A DNA stretch of 64,000 nucleotides, taken from NCBI GenBank assembly GCA_051294905.1, contig CM119371.1, positions 19,780,001 through 19,844,000 on the forward strand, written 5' to 3'. Below, piece by piece: positions 57,427 to 64,000 of this stretch (position 1 is the first letter of the stretch; every line of letters begins with the position of its first letter). Source of the stretch: Botryllus schlosseri. Its lineage: Eukaryota. Under the pieces are notes generated by a model that was not told where the DNA came from, did no database searches, and saw only the letters and a program-made list of their open reading frames with translations. Position numbers and translations under genes: made by a program.

Positions 57427-59376
57427 AATCTTAGCTCAATATTATATAAATATTCTACAAATAGCGATATATTTCAGATTTATTTCGACCTCGCATGTTA
57501 ACAAGTTGCCCTCAGCGACTAATAGCGTAGTGTTAGATGCATATTGGATTGACATCACAACACAACTGGCCTATATGGAGAATAGGTAAGATATAGTGCT
57601 TGGCTGGTGCAAGGGCCTTGGCAAGCAGAAATATATCTAGACGCAAATTGTTCGTTTATATTGTCCTGGAACCAGATGGTCTCCGTGACAAAGTGCTACT
57701 TTTTTGGACTTCGGTCTTTGTGGGAATCAACGAAATAGGCGATTTTCGTCTACAATATGGATGACATTTCGTTCTACTATCGTAACATGCGAGTATATCG
57801 TTACCACTTGGATAGAGAGCTGAATATTAAGGTCGTAGTTTATTCGATTAAGACAGGTTCGGACCGGGCCAGTATTTAGTTCCACCTATGCTTCAAAAAC
57901 CCGTTATACAGCTGATAGAAGTCGAATTGACTATGAAACATTATAAAACCCTTAAACAAAATATTTTGAGCTAACATCTGACAACATGTTCAATCGTCGA
58001 ATGCCGACCAGATTAAGACTCTTATTTGTAGGCTCAGGCTTGGCTCGTAACCTACCGAGTCCATATTTCTAACGTTTGTGGCAACCAGGTCTTCGCTATA
58101 CAGACTTTGCCCACGCTTAGACCGCTGTGGACATTGTCAACTGGGATGCTTTTCCCGATCTCAAAGGCGAATGTGATCTCTGTTTCATTGCGTGGCGATA
58201 TTTATGCTTTAGAGTCACGGGATTAAGCAATTAATCCTCGATAGTAACAAATTACCTCACTCGTTTAATGATCGAAAATGCTTCTCTTTAATCGCCATAT
58301 GGCAAGGTCAAGAGATAATTGTATCGGATTGATGGACATCTTTATTTGCATAATCACAGGGTCGAACCAGTGACACACACAACTATGACAAAGTCTGCGT
58401 TTTTGCGAAAAAAATAATTTATACATTAAGCAGCATCCATTCCTACAGTGGAAAAAGTAGCGAATATTGATATTCAAATACAAATAGAAACACTATTCCA
58501 GTTTTCTACCAAGTTGTGAGTAGCTCCTTTGAAGGCATGTTGCAGCATAGTTTAGGAAAAGTGTGAATCGGGAGGTCAAGGTCCACAATTGAATAAATTA
58601 GAAGTAAGTTCTCAATTGAGTGGTTGGTAAAAGTAGATATAGGTAAATCCAGATTGCCCTACAATTCGATCATGATTCCTCCGCGGCGTTACTATGTATA
58701 GATGTTGCCGGCGTTCGCCCAGTTGTTGTATATACAGACTGTTTTAATTGAATTGATAGTCAATCTTTATATTCAAATTCTGTAATTGCGTGGGATGTCA
58801 ACGCAGAGAGTAGATATTTGAATATTGCGTAGGCGCCTGAGGGATTTTAAAACATATTTAATATCTTTTGAGAAACACCTCCAATTAGCTACGGTCGAGA
58901 TTCATGCGTCGTGACGTGACATGTAGGGCTACCGTATTTTGTAATTCGGAAAGGAGGGCACATTTTAAAAATCATTAAAGTTAGTTCACCGAAATTGAAA
59001 ACAGCTGATTTTGAAATATTTACTGGAAATTTTGTTGTATTGACTGAAAAATAAAGAAAAGGCCATCACTTCGACTTCCGAATCCCGCGTTATTTACGTC
59101 ACTTTTGTGGTGTTGATTAAAAAAAAGGTCATCCTTCTGAGTCGACTCCAGAACGACGCGTTCGAACGTCCGAATTACTTATTTCACGTCCTTAAGGTCG
59201 ATTTCCAGTTGACCATGTACATTAACCTAGCTGCAAAAGCTGTAAAGGAGGACGGATTGCTTAAGTTACACCACAGGTCTTTGCAAACGTTGATCGTGAA
59301 ATGCAGCAACTGTGCAGTGTAGGGCGCTGAATTACATCAGCTTCTAAGCAGCAGCAAAAGCGGGAATCTTCTATAT

Positions 59377-60077
59377 CATGGTTCTCAACCAAGTTGCCAG
59401 CCCCCCCTGGAAGCGATTTGGATTTTGGAGGGGGCGGAAACACTCAGGGGCGGTGTGGGGGCGCAGGGTAAGTATGGAGGCGCCGCAAAAAAACGACGTA
59501 TAGCAGTATACATGGCGTAGTAATATAGTTCTCACAGGAATACAGAGTTCTATAGTAGAACTATAGCTCTATAAAATATCCTAAAATATCGTTGAAAAAT
59601 CGAAATACTTTTGACAAAATAATCAAAAATCCTGATTTTTCGTCGTGCATATAGCGCGAGATATTCCGACGATGTATACGATTTTCACAAATGCACTGGT
59701 TACTAGAATTCATGTAAAATGTATAGGTTTTATGCTCCATGCGCGTACTTCCAGATTGGAAAGTCTCCCTGAACACAGTTCCATCAAGACAAAATATTTT
59801 TGCAGCGCACTGCTCATCAAAATCCCGAAACCTGGCTCTGTACCAGTTGTGGGAGTGAGAGCCATTTGTACAGTAGACATGTTCTGCAACTTTCTGACCA
59901 AAATGATTGATTTGTTTTCCGGCGCGAATTAATCCCAATCGTCAAGTCCAAACCCGGCAAGACCGACCAGACTTGGACCTCTAATGTATCGCCTACTACT
60001 ATTGGTAAAATACAGGGGGCGCCAGGCCACGACAAGATTTGAAAGGGGGTTCTGGGAAAAAAGGTTTAGAACCACTG
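59377..60077. mobile_element. hAT (Charlie-like) MITE
   Basis: TIRs CATGGTTCTCAACC / GGTTTAGAACCACTG. TSD TTCTATAT/CTCTATAT. Confidence 0.75.
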
Positions 60078-60467
60078 CTCTATATTCTAATTAGCTTGGT
60101 CACTGCTGGGCAGACTGGTAACATATGCACCAATATCAAGTTTAAACTATAATTGCGCATTTGGCATACATCGGATTTCAATTTATAAGGTCATACGCTC
60201 ATATAGTTGTTGTTTCAGTCAAACTTGAATAATCGTATTTTAAACTTGGCTGCATGTCTTGATAGTAATCAGTGTATTCCCGATATTGGGACGTAACATC
60301 AATGTGTTAACACAGTAGGCCTACCTCAAGGGTGGCCAACCTGCGGCGATAGAAGGAAATTTGTGCGGCCGTCGACACGTAGTTCATGTAGTATGTTTTG
60401 GCGGCCGCCGACATGCAAATGAAATTTACGAATTGACTCGCGATTTCATTCAATCTTGAAATTTTCG

Positions 60468-60744
60468 AGATGGCTAGATAGCTAAGTGGTACGTTTCACA
60501 GCTGCAACACGAGTGGATTGCGGGTTCGAGTCCGACCGAGGTCGACTTCAGAATTCCTACCTTAGTGTTGGAGGTCTATCTCGCTTCCTCCTCGCCATCT
60601 GATCCGCGTAAGCGGTGTCTTAAAAAGCCTAGAAGTGGGCCGTGCTACAAGTCGTTAAATGCGGAAAGAGAAAGAAGAATGTCAGCCTGGTGTAAAATGG
60701 ACACCATAAATATGAAACATAACCACAGCAAAAATAACTACAAC
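60468..60744 (+). mobile_element. SINE family A
   Basis: A-box TAGCTAAGTGG, B-box GGTTCGAGTCC, shared body and tail. Confidence 0.85.
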
Positions 60745-63689
60745 GGATGATAACAACAGAAAGAAATATTGCGCCCTGTGTAGAAATACCAACTTGCAAT
60801 CGTTTGCTCCATCGCGAAAGAATTTTGTTTCTGCTATACGTTTGGGAGATTCCAATATCTTTTCACTATACCGACAATCCTGGTGGGAGGTAAAGATGTA
60901 ACAGCATGCCGCAAAGTGACACATTTTTTGGCAGCAGTCAGTTTCTTCAGAATGCCACCGTATTCGAACTGCACCTGAAAGGATTTTCAAAATACTCACC
61001 ATAGTACACGTGTAATATCCGGGTTGTCGAGGATTATGATCATCGCGCGCCACTGCTTCTTAACCTTTTGCGACACCCCAGGGACGGACGTGAGTTGTGG
61101 TGCATATTTTGAAAATCTTTGCAGCAGTTCAAATACGAAGGCGTTCTGAAGAAAATGGTTTGAATGGATTAACTCCAAGTTGAGTCCACATCATATTTTG
61201 AGCGCAGTTATCCTTCTTCACTCGCAATGTGATTATCTAGTAAACGCACGCGTGGTGTCACGCACTGTTGTCCAAGGGAGCGCACAGCGAGTTGAAGTTA
61301 TTGCGCAGACTCGTGAAAGATTAGAGGGAACATAGATTGTGACCTGTGTGAATGCCGGTAAAATTACAAGCGTAGTGAATCGACTATGGAGAATAGATAG
61401 CGCAGAAGCACTAGGTTTTGTATCGGGTATGTTTTGTCTCCAAAATAGTTTTCTATTAGGATTTAATTTTTGCTGTTTGCTTGCACAGTGTGGATGGAGA
61501 CCTCATGTTTTGTGACTTCTGTTTCATAAGAAAGACCAACTGAAGCGTTTAACATGGTTGATTCGAGTCTATAAATATGAATTCATGGCGATGCCTAAAT
61601 TGCCAAAAATAAAATCTGACAGATGCCAAAGTAAGCTATGTCTTGGCATATGCGAAAAATAAGACGGCCTGGCCAATCGGTATGCCATCGCTGTGATACC
61701 TGCTTGAAAAAATTACTTCTAATTATATGCTCGAGTAGCAACACTGACTACTTTGACCACTGATGACCACTGACAACTGACTTCTTATGGTAGGCCTACT
61801 ATGACGTCCATAAACATACCCCGGAGCCACAATTTGGGGCGCAAAAGCGAAGGGTTTCGATGGGAAAACCTGGCATGAATAGGCAACAACAGCATGAATA
61901 GCCTAGGGCATTCTTGTTGATTGAGTTCTTTATTAATCCACAATTCATGTACTCGATGTATGGATTGTAGCTAGTATACAAGATAAAGTAAGGGGTAATC
62001 ACGATTTTTTGTTAATTCAATCGTGATTCCTTCCCAGTGTTACTATATATAGGTGTAGGCGATATTGGCCCGGAGATCTAGCTGTTGGTATAAAATGTAG
62101 CTAAATCTAGATTGCCCGACAATTCGATCATGATTCCTCCATGGCGTTACTATGCATAAATGTATATGCAGACAGTTTTAATTGAATTGATTGCCAATCT
62201 TGATATTCAAATTCTGTAATTGCGCGGGATGTCAACGCATTAATCACTCCCCAGTCGCCATCAATTGAATATCGCGAAGAGAACATATTTGAATAATGCG
62301 AAGACCCCTGAGCGATTTTAAAACATATTAAATGTATTTTGAGTAATATCTTCCAATTAGCTACAGCCAAGATTCATGCGTTGTGACGTGTCATGTTGGG
62401 CTACCGTATTTTGGGATTCAGAATGGATTACACTTTTCAAAAATAGCAAATGTTAGTTTATGTTACTTTTATGGCGTTGACTAAGAAAAGTCCATCACCC
62501 TGTTTCGACTTCCTAATGACCCTCGCTATCTATTTCTCATCATTTATGACGATTTCCAGTTGACCATGTCGATTAGCTTAGCTGTAAAAGCTGTTAAGTA
62601 GAGCAAATTGCCAAATGTAATGACATTTAGGCGTTCTGGGAGGACATTTTCAATTTCTTGAAAAATTAGGACAAATCCCTCTAACTGAGGACGTATAGTA
62701 ACCCTTTGTGTCATTTTGTAAATGCGATACTGAAAACATGGTAAGTGTTTGCACCTATAAAGGAGGTCAAATAACTTGGGGTTTCATATAAAGTAGAAGA
62801 AGTTTAATTCTCAGCTCATCGCAGCTTCTTTTACGAGGTTTGGATTGTTTTCCTGAATTGAAAGAAGTTCTCTGCGATGAGGTAGTAACCTATTATTAAA
62901 CTAAAACTTGTATTAGCAAGCCAATCGCAAAGAAATCATTTGAAAATCCTCCTTGCCTTTGTTGGCTGATATTTTTTTCTTCTAATGACTGATATCAATA
63001 TCTGTTTCCAAGTGCGATATCCATTTGATATGAGCGGTGAACCAATATAATCGGTCAGTCTCTAATCACCAAGTGCAGAATTGGTAGTGTTCATTGTATT
63101 GTATACTAGAGCCCGATTGATATTGTAGTTTTGGGCCGGTACCGATAAAACCAATATCTTACTCCTTCACCGACAACCACTATAGCATATATTCAAGATG
63201 TGTGGAGTACCTTGAAGTGCGCATTTAAATAACTTCAGAGCATCTATTTGAACAGCTTTACAGCCAATGCTATACTTGGTGATATCTGTTTTTCCATGGA
63301 TCCCGTTACCATTGTAAATAACCTAAATTGGGTGCGAAATGAATGTCGTCACTATCAGTTAAGGATAGTTATACCATCGGACAGTTTAAGCGCCATTCTT
63401 GTTCTGTGAGTTTTAACGAAATGATAAATTAATTGCATCTGATATAATTCTATTTTGCAGTAGTATCGCGCGGCCTTCAATAAACGTGAACTTTATTTGG
63501 ATTTCAGGATTCAGAAGTGTCTGTCGTAACGAAAAAGAAGACCGACTCGCAAGATGTGCACCATCAGGTACAATTTCAGATATATCACAAACGCAAAGTC
63601 TACCTCTCAAAATGTAGATCAATCGTAATGAGCATTGCTATGGATAGAGTGGAAGTCAGAACTCACAATACCAAGGCCTCAATCCGAGA

Positions 63690-63948
63690 TTTGTTTGTTT
63701 TATTAACACAATTGGCGCTTACCAACACTTAGGCGATTTGCGACTGTACACTAATTTCATGAGGTCGTGTCTTTTGCGGTCTTTCCGATTTCTTGCTAAC
63801 TTTTTCTGGTCTCTGCTGCCGAATTTTTTCAGTTAGGCTCTCTCTTCTTCTGGGCATTTGAAGAAACATGGCAGAGCCGAGACTCGAACCAGCAACCATC
63901 TGTGTTGTGACTGTGTGTGTCGCTAGCACAGTGGTTCTCAACCGCCGG
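63690..63948 (-). mobile_element. Probable second tRNA-derived SINE family, head interrupted by a hAT MITE starting at 63949
   Basis: On -: GGTTCGAGTCTCGGCTCTGCCA (B-box and tRNA 3' end) and an AATAAAACAAACAAA tail. A CAGTGGTTCTCAACC terminus begins at 63949. Confidence 0.55.
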
Positions 63949-64000
63949 TCCACGGAGCGGTGCCGGTCCGCTCCGACTTTTCTGCCGGTCCGCAAGGTAT

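Overview
This is AT-rich, intron-containing animal nuclear DNA. It is most likely an invertebrate chordate such as an ascidian, but that taxon is an inference. Roughly half the window is transposon-derived. The host genes form a small cluster of secreted, probably immune-related proteins. The first is a 5-exon collagen-containing intelectin on + (12668-30829) with an in-frame TGA at a conserved Trp, followed by a decayed duplicate of its last exon. Two 3-exon paralogs on - (34547-36390 and 50959-57426) encode small cationic secreted single IGFBP N-terminal (IB) domain proteins with a shared Cys-containing C-terminal module I do not recognise, and a third dead exon-1 copy lies between them. Mobile elements include a full-length I-clade LINE (gag, APE-RT-RNase H) inserted exactly into the A-box of a tRNA-derived SINE whose 3' tail resembles the LINE 3' end, an intron-containing DD35D pogo element nested in two hAT MITEs, a Chapaev3-like relic, and many hAT MITEs with 8-bp TSDs. 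There is also a degenerate tRNA-Met and two weak small-peptide candidates. All gene models were spliced by hand and no database searches were run.
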